Origin: Escherichia phage vB_VIPECOMC06
Strand: one strand, 5' to 3'
Sequence record: PQ416618.1
Length of the DNA stretch: 64,000 bases
Every line of letters begins with the position of its first letter. Position 1 is the stretch's first letter. Position numbers and translations under genes: made by a program. The notes beneath the pieces are model-generated. The model ran no database searches. It saw only the letters and a list, made by a program, of their open reading frames with translations, and was not told the origin of the DNA. Shown piece after piece: positions 1 to 8,359 of this stretch.

Positions 1-29
1 CGTCTTCTGCGATGTGCTAAGGAATCATT

Positions 30-302
30 ATGTCTAAAGAACAAACCGAACTGGCCGAAGCCGTAGAAAAAATCTATGCAGCTATTGAGGCTGCCAAAGA
101 AATTGCTGATAAACAAAACACAACATTCGACTTGTATCCAGCTTATGGTATGGGTGGAACCTATCATTCACCTGGACAACTTAAAGCCGATCTTGAACGT
201 TGTACAAAAAACGGCTATGCTGAATGGGCTGACGTTTACCAATACGACTACAACCTGAGCCTCGAAACCGGTGGTTGGATTGCATCTTCTCACACTTGCT
301 AA
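30..302 (+). CDS. hypothetical protein (90 aa)
   Basis: ORF with AAGGAA SD before ATG; C-terminal GWIASSHTC resembles the C-terminus of the next ORF. Confidence 0.45.
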   Translation: MSKEQTELAEAVEKIYAAIEAAKEIADKQNTTFDLYPAYGMGGTYHSPGQLKADLERCTKNGYAEWADVYQYDYNLSLETGGWIASSHTC

Positions 303-311
303 GGAAATCAT

Positions 312-509
312 ATGTCTCGTGAATTAGATTGTGCTGTACGTACGGCAGTAGCTGCTCTGGAAAACCTGTTCCAAATTGCAACAGAAGAACGCGAAGAAGT
401 TACATTATGGATTGAAGATAACGCAGGTCTGAATCTCCAGAATGCAATCTCGGTATCAAATAATAGTATTACTGTTCAAGGCTGGGTATCATCTAGTTAT
501 TCTTGCTAA
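312..509 (+). CDS. hypothetical protein (65 aa), paralog of preceding ORF
   Basis: Near-identical SD/start context (AAGGAAATCATATGTCT) and similar C-terminus QGWVSSSYSC. Confidence 0.45.
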   Translation: MSRELDCAVRTAVAALENLFQIATEEREEVTLWIEDNAGLNLQNAISVSNNSITVQGWVSSSYSC

Positions 510-513
510 AACA

Positions 514-552
514 GTTTACAACAAGATAGGGCTATGTTATAGTAGTCCTATC
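514..552 (+). promoter_or_regulatory. early promoter with flanking inverted repeat (PeSL-like)
   Basis: GTTTAC, TGTTATAGT; GATAGGGCTA / TAGTCCTATC arms around the -10. Confidence 0.55.
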
Positions 553-571
553 AAATTAAATGGAGTCCACA

Positions 572-811
572 ATGATTTATTACGAAAGTATCGGAACCAA
601 AGTGGTTGGTAAAACCATTACTCGTGAAAAGTTTGCAAAGATATTCGATATGCGTTATAAAAAATCTGAACACAAAGGCATCAGATTCGAAGATGCACAC
701 TGTACAATTTGCCCTTATAATGAAGACATAAATGGTACAATCGTTCCATTGGTAGAGGCTTCACATGACGACCTCTGGGATGAATATAATATCGCATGTC
801 GCGAAATTTAA
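572..811 (+). CDS. hypothetical protein (~80 aa)
   Basis: ORF downstream of early-promoter cassette; GGAG SD before ATG at 572 (track start 560 is upstream in-frame). Confidence 0.4.
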   Translation: MIYYESIGTKVVGKTITREKFAKIFDMRYKKSEHKGIRFEDAHCTICPYNEDINGTIVPLVEASHDDLWDEYNIACREI

Positions 812-839
812 GTTAATGAATTAATCCGAGGAAATTATT

Positions 840-1796
840 ATGATGTTAGTTATTGGTTCTCGTGCACTTCACTATCATGGACTTATTGATTCTAACGCTA
901 TCAAAAATAGTGACTGGGACTTTATTGCGGACCAAGGTTCTTGGAATACATTCAAAAATCAAATGATGGGTGTATATGTTCACCAAGATAACCCTGATGT
1001 CCAAGTTTTCAAATGCTTCCATAACGGACGCGAAACTCATTTTGAAGCATATATTGTTCCGGCAATCACTAATGTCCGTGAATTAGTCGGTGAACTCACT
1101 CCTGAAGATTTCACGTCTTCTTACGACCTTTTAAAATACGCCAAGAAAAATTTAACTAAAGACCGTTTGAACGGGTTTTACTGGGCAACTCCTGGGATGT
1201 GTCTTGCAATTAAGATGTCTCATCGTTTCAAGAAAAATAATCCATTCTTTTTAAAGACTATGAACCATATTCAGTATCTTCGTGGTAAAGGTGTTACACT
1301 GAACGATGAACTTACTGAAATTATGCTGAAACGCCAGAAAGAAACCTTGAACTATGCTCACCCAGTTCTTGACACTTCTAAAAGTGCGTTCTTTAAAGAT
1401 GACATCTATACATATGACCATGATACTATTCATGAAGCCATTGCACTAACAGACCGTCCAGCATATACATTTTATATGAAAGACGGTTCTGAAGTCATGA
1501 CCTCACGCGAGAAGTTTGAATCATTACCAGAAATGGTCAAATTGGCCGGTGTATACGAAGAATCATGTGTACTAGCATTAGAACGTTCTCAGATTCCTAA
1601 TGACTTTAAAATTAACCCTGAATCCAGTTTCATGATGGCATTGGAAAAAGTCTGTACAAGCATCACCTCCGGTTGGTTCCGTGAGTATGCCTGGGAAAAC
1701 TACAGCAAAGTAGTAAGTATGTACCAAAGCTTAGGACATGATGATTACGTCAAACGTTTCAAACAAAATTTCCATATGGTAAAACCTTTCAAATAA
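840..1796 (+). CDS. hypothetical protein (318 aa)
   Basis: Long ORF with GAGGAAA SD; no family recognised. Confidence 0.55.
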   Translation: MMLVIGSRALHYHGLIDSNAIKNSDWDFIADQGSWNTFKNQMMGVYVHQDNPDVQVFKCFHNGRETHFEAYIVPAITNVRELVGELTPEDFTSSYDLLKYAKKNLTKDRLNGFYWATPGMCLAIKMSHRFKKNNPFFLKTMNHIQYLRGKGVTLNDELTEIMLKRQKETLNYAHPVLDTSKSAFFKDDIYTYDHDTIHEAIALTDRPAYTFYMKDGSEVMTSREKFESLPEMVKLAGVYEESCVLALERSQIPNDFKINPESSFMMALEKVCTSITSGWFREYAWENYSKVVSMYQSLGHDDYVKRFKQNFHMVKPFK

Positions 1797-1808
1797 CTTC
1801 ACAAAACT

Positions 1809-1846
1809 GTTTACAACATGATAGGACTATGTTATAGTAGTCCTAT
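1809..1846 (+). promoter_or_regulatory. early promoter with flanking inverted repeat (PeSL-like)
   Basis: GTTTAC, TGTTATAGT; ATAGGACTA / TAGTCCTAT perfect arms. Confidence 0.55.
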
Positions 1847-1866
1847 TAAAACATGAGGAGAATATT

Positions 1867-2172
1867 ATGAAATTAGGCGAAACCAACCGAATTGGTCTTT
1901 TAACAATATTTGCATCACCTTTTTACGCAGCCCTTTCTGTTGCAGTATTACAAAAGGCTTACGATATGGATGGTGTTCCTGGTTTTGTATTCTTATCGCC
2001 GTTTTTGCTATTCGTTGGAGCATTGTTATTATATGCCACGACTAGTTTCGACCATAACGTCTGGGTCAATTATAAATGTAAATTGTCTGAAGAAGAACAC
2101 GCGGAAGCTCGTAAAAAAGCTATTGAATCTACTAATCTAGAAAATTTCATTAAAGAATGTCGAGGAAAATAA
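1867..2172 (+). CDS. predicted membrane protein (101 aa)
   Basis: Two hydrophobic helices (LLTIFASPFYAALSVAVL, FVFLSPFLLFVGALLLYA); SD GAGGAGA upstream. Confidence 0.5.
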   Translation: MKLGETNRIGLLTIFASPFYAALSVAVLQKAYDMDGVPGFVFLSPFLLFVGALLLYATTSFDHNVWVNYKCKLSEEEHAEARKKAIESTNLENFIKECRGK

Positions 2173-2243
2173 TATGAATAGTTGATGGCAATGAAGGTAT
2201 TTCATACTATTCAGTAGATTGGACATCCTGTCCATCCTACTTA

Positions 2244-2642
2244 GTGAAACATATTTGCCAAGAATTTAAAATCGACCAGCCAGCAGGTATTATCGTGAAC
2301 AGATACATTAATGGATATCAACCTATCGATGAAGTAATACGAACAACCCAAGCTGAGCTTGAAAAGTTTTTCAATAAGTGCCAATGGATAACAGGATGGA
2401 TTATATTTGTACCATCGGTATGGTTTTTTAGTACTAAAGTAAGTGCCTTTGCCGTACTAGATATTATCGCCATCTTATTAGCATCTATTATCATAAGTGT
2501 TGTTGGTGGCATCATTGGCGGCGGTACCGCCGCCATCATTATTAATCTTATTAAAAGTAGTTTACAAGAACGTAAAGACAAGATAAAAGCCAAGAATAAT
2601 GAAGTTGAACGTTTTATTACCGAATGCAGGAATTTGAGATGA
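2244..2642 (+). CDS. predicted membrane protein (132 aa)
   Basis: Hydrophobic core with Gly-rich helix VVGGIIGGGTAAIII; start may be downstream of the track start. Confidence 0.45.
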   Translation: MKHICQEFKIDQPAGIIVNRYINGYQPIDEVIRTTQAELEKFFNKCQWITGWIIFVPSVWFFSTKVSAFAVLDIIAILLASIIISVVGGIIGGGTAAIIINLIKSSLQERKDKIKAKNNEVERFITECRNLR

Positions 2643-3097
2643 TGAGTAAGAAAAATAAAGTGAAAGAACTATCAGCCGGTATTATTTTCCTTACCGAAGA
2701 TAAAGAATTATTCATGGGGCGTGTAACTGGTTCTCGTCCTAAAGGTTCTTTAGCTCATCGGTGGGATATTCCTAAAGGTCGTGTCGAGCCCGGCGAATCT
2801 CCTATTGAAGCCGCTATTCGTGAATGTGAAGAAGAAACTGGGTTTACACAATATGACCCTGCCTTCCTGAAAGACCTAGGTGAACATCGTTACTCAGACA
2901 ATAAGAATATTCATCTGTTCCTATATACCATCCCTGTAGAGCACGAGCAATTCAGAAACAGTGTTTGTAATTCCTATCATACGTTCCCAGACGGACGACA
3001 GATTCCTGAATTTGATGCATTCGCTTTAATTAAACCTTCTCAATGGGAATATGTAATGGGCAAATCATTATATAAGGTGCTCACTACCCTCCTATAA
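2639..3097 (+). CDS. nudE: Nudix hydrolase
   Basis: Nudix box GRVEPGESPIEAAIRECEEETGF; sits immediately upstream of lysozyme as in T4 (e.1); ATGA overlap with upstream ORF. Confidence 0.8.
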   Translation: MMSKKNKVKELSAGIIFLTEDKELFMGRVTGSRPKGSLAHRWDIPKGRVEPGESPIEAAIRECEEETGFTQYDPAFLKDLGEHRYSDNKNIHLFLYTIPVEHEQFRNSVCNSYHTFPDGRQIPEFDAFALIKPSQWEYVMGKSLYKVLTTLL

Positions 3098-3104
3098 GTA
3101 ATAA

Positions 3105-3130
3105 ATACCTCCTATAAACGTGGGAGGTAT
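3105..3130 (+). promoter_or_regulatory. SD-sequestering hairpin with internal late-promoter-like box upstream of e
   Basis: ATACCTCC / GGAGGTAT inverted repeat; loop TATAAACG; right arm contains the e Shine-Dalgarno. Confidence 0.6.
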
Positions 3131-3131
3131 T

Positions 3132-3620
3132 ATGAATATATTTGAAATGCTTCGTAATGACGAAGGTCTTAGACTGACTTTATACAAAGACACTGAAGGC
3201 TTTTGGACGATTGGCATAGGTCATTTAGTAACAAAGAACCCGTCTTTAGCTGTAGCTAAAGCCGAACTTGACAGAATGATCGGGCGTAAATGCAACGGTA
3301 CAATTACCCTTGATGAGGCTGAAAAGTTATTTAATGAAGACGTTGATAAAGCTGTTCGCGGAATCTTGGGTAATGCTAAACTTAAACCGGTGTATGATTC
3401 TTTAGATGCAGTTCGTCGATGTGCATTGGTCAATATGGTCTTCCAAATGGGTGTAGCAGGCGTCGCCGGTTTTACTAATTCTCTTCGTATGCTTCAACAG
3501 AAACGTTGGGACGAAGCGGCAGTAAATCTAGCCCAATCTAAATGGTATCGTCAGACACCTAATCGCGCGAAACGCGTAATCTCAACATTTAAAACAGGAA
3601 CTTGGAAAGCGTATATATGA
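3132..3620 (+). CDS. e: endolysin (T4-type lysozyme)
   Basis: N-terminus [28 protein letters not shown] is the T4 lysozyme signature; ATG at 3132 (track start 3120 is a GTG inside the regulatory hairpin). Confidence 0.95.
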   Translation: MNIFEMLRNDEGLRLTLYKDTEGFWTIGIGHLVTKNPSLAVAKAELDRMIGRKCNGTITLDEAEKLFNEDVDKAVRGILGNAKLKPVYDSLDAVRRCALVNMVFQMGVAGVAGFTNSLRMLQQKRWDEAAVNLAQSKWYRQTPNRAKRVISTFKTGTWKAYI

Positions 3621-3898
3621 AAACATATAGTGAATTTTTATCAGAATCTATTCTTAACGAAGCTACTGACACATTTGCAACTAAGCTAGGTGCAGCTTTG
3701 GTTGAAGCTGAAAGTTTATTAGCACGTATTTCTGAACTTGCTAGTAAGATAGATACTCGCAAATTTGAGCGCACCAGTGATATCGTTAAGCTTGAAGCCT
3801 TGTTGCGTATGTGCGATAAACCAGAAGAAATCGCTAAGAACGGCTCGCTGATGAAACAACGTCTTGAAAAATATATTTCAGGCGCTTCAGAAAAATAG
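3617..3898 (+). CDS. internal-protein-like protein with capsid-targeting N-terminus
   Basis: Starts [10 protein letters not shown], resembling the T4 IP capsid targeting sequence MKTYQEFIAE; ATGA coupling to e. Confidence 0.5.
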   Translation: MKTYSEFLSESILNEATDTFATKLGAALVEAESLLARISELASKIDTRKFERTSDIVKLEALLRMCDKPEEIAKNGSLMKQRLEKYISGASEK

Positions 3899-3899
3899 T

Positions 3900-3953
3900 G
3901 TTTACTTCCTCCAAGGACTTTGATACTATACATTCATCAACTACTTGGAGGAA
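3900..3953 (+). promoter_or_regulatory. early promoter cassette with SD-pairing inverted repeat (denV)
   Basis: GTTTAC -35, TGATACTAT extended -10; TTCCTCCAAG (3906-3915) is the exact reverse complement of CTTGGAGGAA (3944-3953). Confidence 0.55.
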
Positions 3954-3956
3954 ATT

Positions 3957-4370
3957 ATGACTCGTATCAATTTAACACTTGTTTCTGAACTGACCGACCA
4001 ACATCTTATGGCGGAGTATCGTGAATTACCACGCGTATTTGGTGCAGTCCGTAAACATGTTCAAAACGGTAAACGTGTAAAGGATTTTAAAATCTCTCCA
4101 ACATTTATCTTAGGCACAGGACACGTAACATTCTTTTACGACAAACTCGAATTTTTACGTTTACGTCAAATCGAGCTAATCGCTGAATGCTTGAAACGTG
4201 GTTTCAAAATCAAGGACACGACTGTCCAGGATATTTCCGACATCCCTGCAGAATTTCGTAATAATTATGTCCCGTCCGAAGCGTCCATTGCGATAAGTCA
4301 AGCACGCTTAGACGAAAAAATTGCCCAACGTCCTACTTGGTACAAATACTATGGTAAATCAATTTACTAA
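3957..4370 (+). CDS. denV: endonuclease V (pyrimidine dimer DNA glycosylase)
   Basis: [32 protein letters not shown] matches the T4 endo V family; ATG at 3957 after GGAGG SD. Confidence 0.9.
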   Translation: MTRINLTLVSELTDQHLMAEYRELPRVFGAVRKHVQNGKRVKDFKISPTFILGTGHVTFFYDKLEFLRLRQIELIAECLKRGFKIKDTTVQDISDIPAEFRNNYVPSEASIAISQARLDEKIAQRPTWYKYYGKSIY

Positions 4371-4401
4371 GGAAAAAGGTTGCGATGGTAAAGCTTAAAT
4401 T

Positions 4402-4431
4402 GTTTACGCTTAAGTATTAATATGGTATAAT
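4402..4431 (+). promoter_or_regulatory. early promoter upstream of internal protein genes
   Basis: GTTTAC, 18-bp spacer, TGGTATAAT. Confidence 0.55.
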
Positions 4432-4461
4432 TACTCTATCAAAACAAACAAGGAAACAAAA

Positions 4462-4776
4462 ATGAAAACGTATAAAGAATTTATTGCAGAATCCGCCAAC
4501 CAACGCGTTGAAGGTGGTTATATTTGGATTGAACAAGTTGAGCCACCGAGCCGCACTTCTACAGGTAAATGGAAAATTACTGTTGATGGTCCTGGTGGTA
4601 AACGTAGGACTCTTAAAGAAATTAATGGGTACTATGAAGAAGCTCTTTCGGATGCAGGAACTTACATGATGCAAATCATGATTAAAAACCCTGAAAACCG
4701 TTTTGCAGCTAAAGTCTTCCGTCGCATCGGTAATAAACTTTATGACGCATACTCTAAAAACTTCCCTAAAGAATAA
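4462..4776 (+). CDS. internal protein (injected, capsid-targeted)
   Basis: N-terminus MKTYKEFIAE (T4 IP capsid-targeting sequence with prohead-protease site). Confidence 0.7.
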   Translation: MKTYKEFIAESANQRVEGGYIWIEQVEPPSRTSTGKWKITVDGPGGKRRTLKEINGYYEEALSDAGTYMMQIMIKNPENRFAAKVFRRIGNKLYDAYSKNFPKE

Positions 4777-4802
4777 CATGAATTAAAACAATAGGAACAA
4801 AA

Positions 4803-5381
4803 ATGAAAACATATAAAGAATTTATCGCCGAGGCCTTTGCAGGAAAAGCTCAAGGCATTAATAAGGACGAGTGGACTTATCGTGGTGGAAACGGCTTTGA
4901 CCCTAAAACTGCTCCACTTGAACGATATCTAGCCACAAAGGCTTCCGACTTTAAAGCTTTCGCTTGGGAAGGACTTCGCTGGCGTAACGATCTAAATATT
5001 GAAGTTGACGGACTTAAATTTGCTCATATTGAAGATGTTGTTGCTAGTAACTTAGACGCAGCTTTTGTTAAAGCCGACAGTGATCTTCGACGCTGGAATT
5101 TAAAACTGTTCTCTAAACAAAAAGGACCGAAGTTTGTGCCTAAAGCTGGTAAATGGGTCATTGATAATAAATTAGCTAAGGCTGTCAACTACGCTGGTCT
5201 TGAATTCGCCAAGCACAAATCATCATGGAAAGGTCTTGATGCAATGGCTTTCCGTAAAGAATTTGCTGATGTTATGGCTAAAGGCGGCTTTAAGGCAGAA
5301 ATAGATACCTCTAAAGGTACGTTTAAAGACGCTAATGTTCAGTACGCTTACGCCGTTGCTAATGCAGCCCGTGGTAATTAA
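4803..5381 (+). CDS. internal protein (IPIII-like, 192 aa)
   Basis: N-terminus MKTYKEFIAEA; size similar to T4 IPIII. Confidence 0.7.
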   Translation: MKTYKEFIAEAFAGKAQGINKDEWTYRGGNGFDPKTAPLERYLATKASDFKAFAWEGLRWRNDLNIEVDGLKFAHIEDVVASNLDAAFVKADSDLRRWNLKLFSKQKGPKFVPKAGKWVIDNKLAKAVNYAGLEFAKHKSSWKGLDAMAFRKEFADVMAKGGFKAEIDTSKGTFKDANVQYAYAVANAARGN

Positions 5382-5402
5382 GGCCTATACTTAGGCCTAT
5401 TT
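5381..5402 (+). terminator. stem-loop, putative terminator after IPIII-like gene
   Basis: AGGCCTA-TACT-TAGGCCT perfect 7-bp stem followed by ATTT. Confidence 0.4.
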
Positions 5403-5419
5403 ACATTTAAAGGACACAT

Positions 5420-5749
5420 ATGAAAACATATCAAGAGTTTATCACTGAAGTTACATTATCTGCGGAACAGAAAGCTGCTATCGAAGAAGGTAAAAATCCC
5501 AAAGTAACATATAAAGTAAATAGTAAAGGCGTTTTTGATGGCTTGGTTCAAGACCCTGAATTGAAAAAAGCTCTTTCTAAAACTAATGCGTACTTTGCTC
5601 CTAAATTTAACACAGCCGGTGTACTTATTGGATTGGATGTATTCAACTCTAAAGGTGTTCTATCTAGTGCCTTTGGTTATGCCGCTAACAAAATTACCAA
5701 AGCCGCATGGGAATCCAATACCAAACAAGCTCAAAAGCCTAGAGTATAA
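5420..5749 (+). CDS. internal protein (109 aa)
   Basis: N-terminus MKTYQEFITE. Confidence 0.7.
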   Translation: MKTYQEFITEVTLSAEQKAAIEEGKNPKVTYKVNSKGVFDGLVQDPELKKALSKTNAYFAPKFNTAGVLIGLDVFNSKGVLSSAFGYAANKITKAAWESNTKQAQKPRV

Positions 5750-5922
5750 TTCTTGCCTAATAAAGGGAAACGCAACCTCTCCTTATGAACGTCGAGTCCT
5801 CTGAGTGATGTACCTTTTCCAACCTGTAATAAGGTCGAGCCCAAGTGCGGTAATGGGTTTACATAGCGAGTCGAAGGACCTAACATGTGCCACGGAATGG
5901 CCCCAACCTTAAGAGAAACTAA

Positions 5923-6462
5923 ATGAGAACATTTTTAACTGGACCTTATCTATCCCTGATGAATGCTTTTACACACCATTCTGATGCTAGAGTAGAAGAA
6001 ATTTGTAAGAACGGTTATGCCCCACCATTTGAAGACGTACTCAAGCAGTACTGTACACTTCGTTTAGATGGTGGCAGACAATCTGGTAAATCAACTGCAG
6101 TAACTAATTTTGCTGTTAATTGGCTGTATGACGGTGGAACGATTATTGTTCTTTCTAATACTTCAGCTTATGCTAAAATTTCTGCTGGCAACATTGAAAA
6201 AGAATTTTCTCGTTATTCTAGCGACGATATTCGATTCCGTTTATTTACTGATTCTGTTCGTAGTTTTATTGGCAATGAAGGTTCTAAATTCCGTGGATTA
6301 ACGCTTTCTCGTATTCTGTATATAATTGATGAGCCTATTAAAGCTCCTGATATGGATAAGATTTACAATGTCCATATTAAAACAGTCCAACACTGTTGCA
6401 AAAGCAAATATTGCATCAGCGGTAATGCTCGTCCTCAATTTTTTGTGATTGGAATGCAATGA
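5923..6462 (+). CDS. P-loop-containing hypothetical protein (179 aa)
   Basis: Walker-A-like GGRQSGKST; no family recognised. Confidence 0.45.
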   Translation: MRTFLTGPYLSLMNAFTHHSDARVEEICKNGYAPPFEDVLKQYCTLRLDGGRQSGKSTAVTNFAVNWLYDGGTIIVLSNTSAYAKISAGNIEKEFSRYSSDDIRFRLFTDSVRSFIGNEGSKFRGLTLSRILYIIDEPIKAPDMDKIYNVHIKTVQHCCKSKYCISGNARPQFFVIGMQ

Positions 6463-6767
6463 TGACAACTATTGAAGTTTTTGAGTATTGTTATAACAGC
6501 CCAGTATGCAATAAAAGGGCTCTTGTAGAAAATTATGAGATTTATCATTTTAAACCTAAACGATATCGTTTGACTAAAGGTCCGTTCGCAGGGCAGCAGG
6601 TTCTTTGTACTGCTCCTAATGCACGGTTGATGACTAGTATTCCGCATTTCAAAATGGAATTTATTGATGGGCCGTTTAAGGGATTAATCACTCAAAGTTT
6701 AATGGCGTTTAATTCCGACCCATTTTTGATTAAAGAAAAATCTTGGATAAATTTATTTTCTAATTGA
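6459..6767 (+). CDS. hypothetical protein (102 aa)
   Basis: ATGA start/stop overlap with upstream gene. Confidence 0.4.
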   Translation: MMTTIEVFEYCYNSPVCNKRALVENYEIYHFKPKRYRLTKGPFAGQQVLCTAPNARLMTSIPHFKMEFIDGPFKGLITQSLMAFNSDPFLIKEKSWINLFSN

Positions 6768-6773
6768 GGTTAT

Positions 6774-7136
6774 ATGAAAGCATATCAAATTCTTGAAGGC
6801 ACGCATAAAGGTACTATTTATTTTGAAGACGGTATTCAAGCACGAATTATTGTCTCTAAAACTTTTAAAGAAGACGCTATTGTAGACCCGGAAATTTTCT
6901 ACGGTTTGAATGCTCGTGAAATTGAAATTGAACATCAACCTAAAGTTAAAATTGAAGGTGGTCAACACCTGAACGTTAACGTTCTGCGTCGCGAAACTCT
7001 GGAAGATGCAGTTAAGCATCCAGAAAAATATCCACAGCTGACCATCCGTGTATCTGGTTATGCAGTTCGCTTTAACTCTCTGACTCCAGAACAGCAGCGC
7101 GACGTTATCGCTCGTACCTTTACTGAGAGTCTATAA
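6774..7136 (+). CDS. autonomous glycyl-radical cofactor (GrcA/YfiD-like)
   Basis: C-terminal glycyl radical motif [25 protein letters not shown]; ~120 aa as in GrcA and T4 Y06I. Confidence 0.8.
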   Translation: MKAYQILEGTHKGTIYFEDGIQARIIVSKTFKEDAIVDPEIFYGLNAREIEIEHQPKVKIEGGQHLNVNVLRRETLEDAVKHPEKYPQLTIRVSGYAVRFNSLTPEQQRDVIARTFTESL

Positions 7137-7360
7137 TGGCTAAATTGATTATAGAAGGGTCTGAAGATGTTTTAAAATGTTTTGCCGCCTGGTTTAGTTG
7201 CTCAGGCGAGCAATCATTCATTGAAGCATTTAGAACGGGTGATATTACTGGAAAATATCCGTCAACCGATATCACTGTACGCGGATATGGTATTAATGAG
7301 CCTATCCAATTGGTCGAATATGACCTTGCCACCGATGAGGAAATTCCTTATGTCGATTGA
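7136..7360 (+). CDS. hypothetical protein (74 aa)
   Basis: Start overlaps upstream stop (TAATG). Confidence 0.4.
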   Translation: MAKLIIEGSEDVLKCFAAWFSCSGEQSFIEAFRTGDITGKYPSTDITVRGYGINEPIQLVEYDLATDEEIPYVD

Positions 7361-7616
7361 AGACATCAAAGGCTACAAGCCGCATACCGATGATAAAATC
7401 AGTAAAGTGAACGCTATTAAAGATGCAGAAGTCCGTCTTGGATTGATGTTTGATGCTCTGATTGAAGAAGCATATATCTTGAAAGAAAATGAATCAGAGC
7501 AACAAACCAAAGAAGATATGGATGCAGTGCAGGCTCTTAAGTATGCTAAGCAACATCTAAAAGAAGCCAGCATGTGGGCATGTCGTGCAGTATTTCGACC
7601 TGAGGAAAAATACTAA
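7350..7616 (+). CDS. hypothetical protein (~88 aa)
   Basis: In-frame ATG at 7350 overlapping the upstream stop; the longer track ORF from 7182 would overlap the upstream gene. Confidence 0.35.
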   Translation: MSIEDIKGYKPHTDDKISKVNAIKDAEVRLGLMFDALIEEAYILKENESEQQTKEDMDAVQALKYAKQHLKEASMWACRAVFRPEEKY

Positions 7617-7831
7617 TGGCTTCTACTATTACTGGGTTATTGGACTTTCAAGAAAAGGTCAACAAAATTTGTAGTGAATACTTAAAGTATCTTGAAGAAG
7701 ACCTTGAAGATTGTAAGGAAGAAGGCGAAGAAGACTATGCTGACCAGCGTCGTCGCCAAATCGAAGAGATGAGGCATTTCGCCGATATGGTATCTAAAGA
7801 ATCTTGGGCTTTAACTCCATTTTATCAATAA
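7616..7831 (+). CDS. hypothetical acidic protein (71 aa)
   Basis: TAATG coupling; highly acidic. Confidence 0.4.
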   Translation: MASTITGLLDFQEKVNKICSEYLKYLEEDLEDCKEEGEEDYADQRRRQIEEMRHFADMVSKESWALTPFYQ

Positions 7832-7835
7832 AGTA

Positions 7836-7886
7836 GTTTACTTCTCCTCTAGATGTGTTACTATAGACCTGTCAACTAGAGGAGAA
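7836..7886 (+). promoter_or_regulatory. early promoter cassette with SD-pairing inverted repeat (regB)
   Basis: GTTTAC, TGTTACTAT; TCTCCTCTAG (7843-7852) complementary to CTAGAGGAGA (7877-7886). Confidence 0.55.
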
Positions 7887-7892
7887 ATCAAA

Positions 7893-8351
7893 ATGACTAT
7901 CAATTCTGACGTTTTTATCCGCCGTAATAAACTCCGTCGAATCTTTGAAACGGAGTTCCGCAAAATAAATGCCGGTATAAAAGATGCTGCAAAGTCTCTT
8001 GGAATACCAGGCTTTCATATCAAGTATTCTCAACATCTCTTAGATCGTGCTATCCAGAGAGAAATAGATGAGAACTACGTTTTTGAATTATTTCGTAAAG
8101 TAAAAAATCATGTTAAAGAAGTTGCAGAATTTTTATCAATGCCGGCACGTCCAGATGTTGATGAAGATTTTGTCGAAGGTGTTGAATATCGCCCAGGCCG
8201 TTTAGAAATAACTGACGGAAATCTTTGGTTAGGACTTACAGTTTGTCGCGAAAATCCAGCATTCAAAATGAAGACTCTTCAATGCAGAATGGCTATTATT
8301 AACAGTAAACGACTACCAGGAAAAGCTTCTAAAGCAGTGATTAAAATCTAG
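7893..8351 (+). CDS. regB: RegB-like sequence-specific endoribonuclease
   Basis: MTINSDVFIRRNKLRR...HLLDRAIQREIDE...EYRPGRLEITDGNLWLG resembles T4 RegB as recalled; size ~152 aa; correct locus between denV and tk. Confidence 0.7.
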   Translation: MTINSDVFIRRNKLRRIFETEFRKINAGIKDAAKSLGIPGFHIKYSQHLLDRAIQREIDENYVFELFRKVKNHVKEVAEFLSMPARPDVDEDFVEGVEYRPGRLEITDGNLWLGLTVCRENPAFKMKTLQCRMAIINSKRLPGKASKAVIKI

Positions 8352-8359
8352 AGGTAAAC

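Noticed and set aside
3120-3131. ORF-track start of lysozyme at a GTG (3120), and similar TTG/GTG track starts for denV, gp45, regA, gp56 and others
   Set aside because: First in-frame ATG with a proper SD gives the canonical T4 N-termini (MNIFEML, MTRINLT, MKLSKDT, MIEI, MAHFNE); the upstream extensions lie inside promoters or hairpins.
4417-4779. 120-aa minus-strand ORF
   Set aside because: Antisense to the internal-protein gene at 4462..4776, which has the clear CTS start.
5586-5804. 72-aa plus-strand ORF running into the noncoding gap
   Set aside because: Overlaps the 3' half of the internal-protein gene in another frame; no SD.
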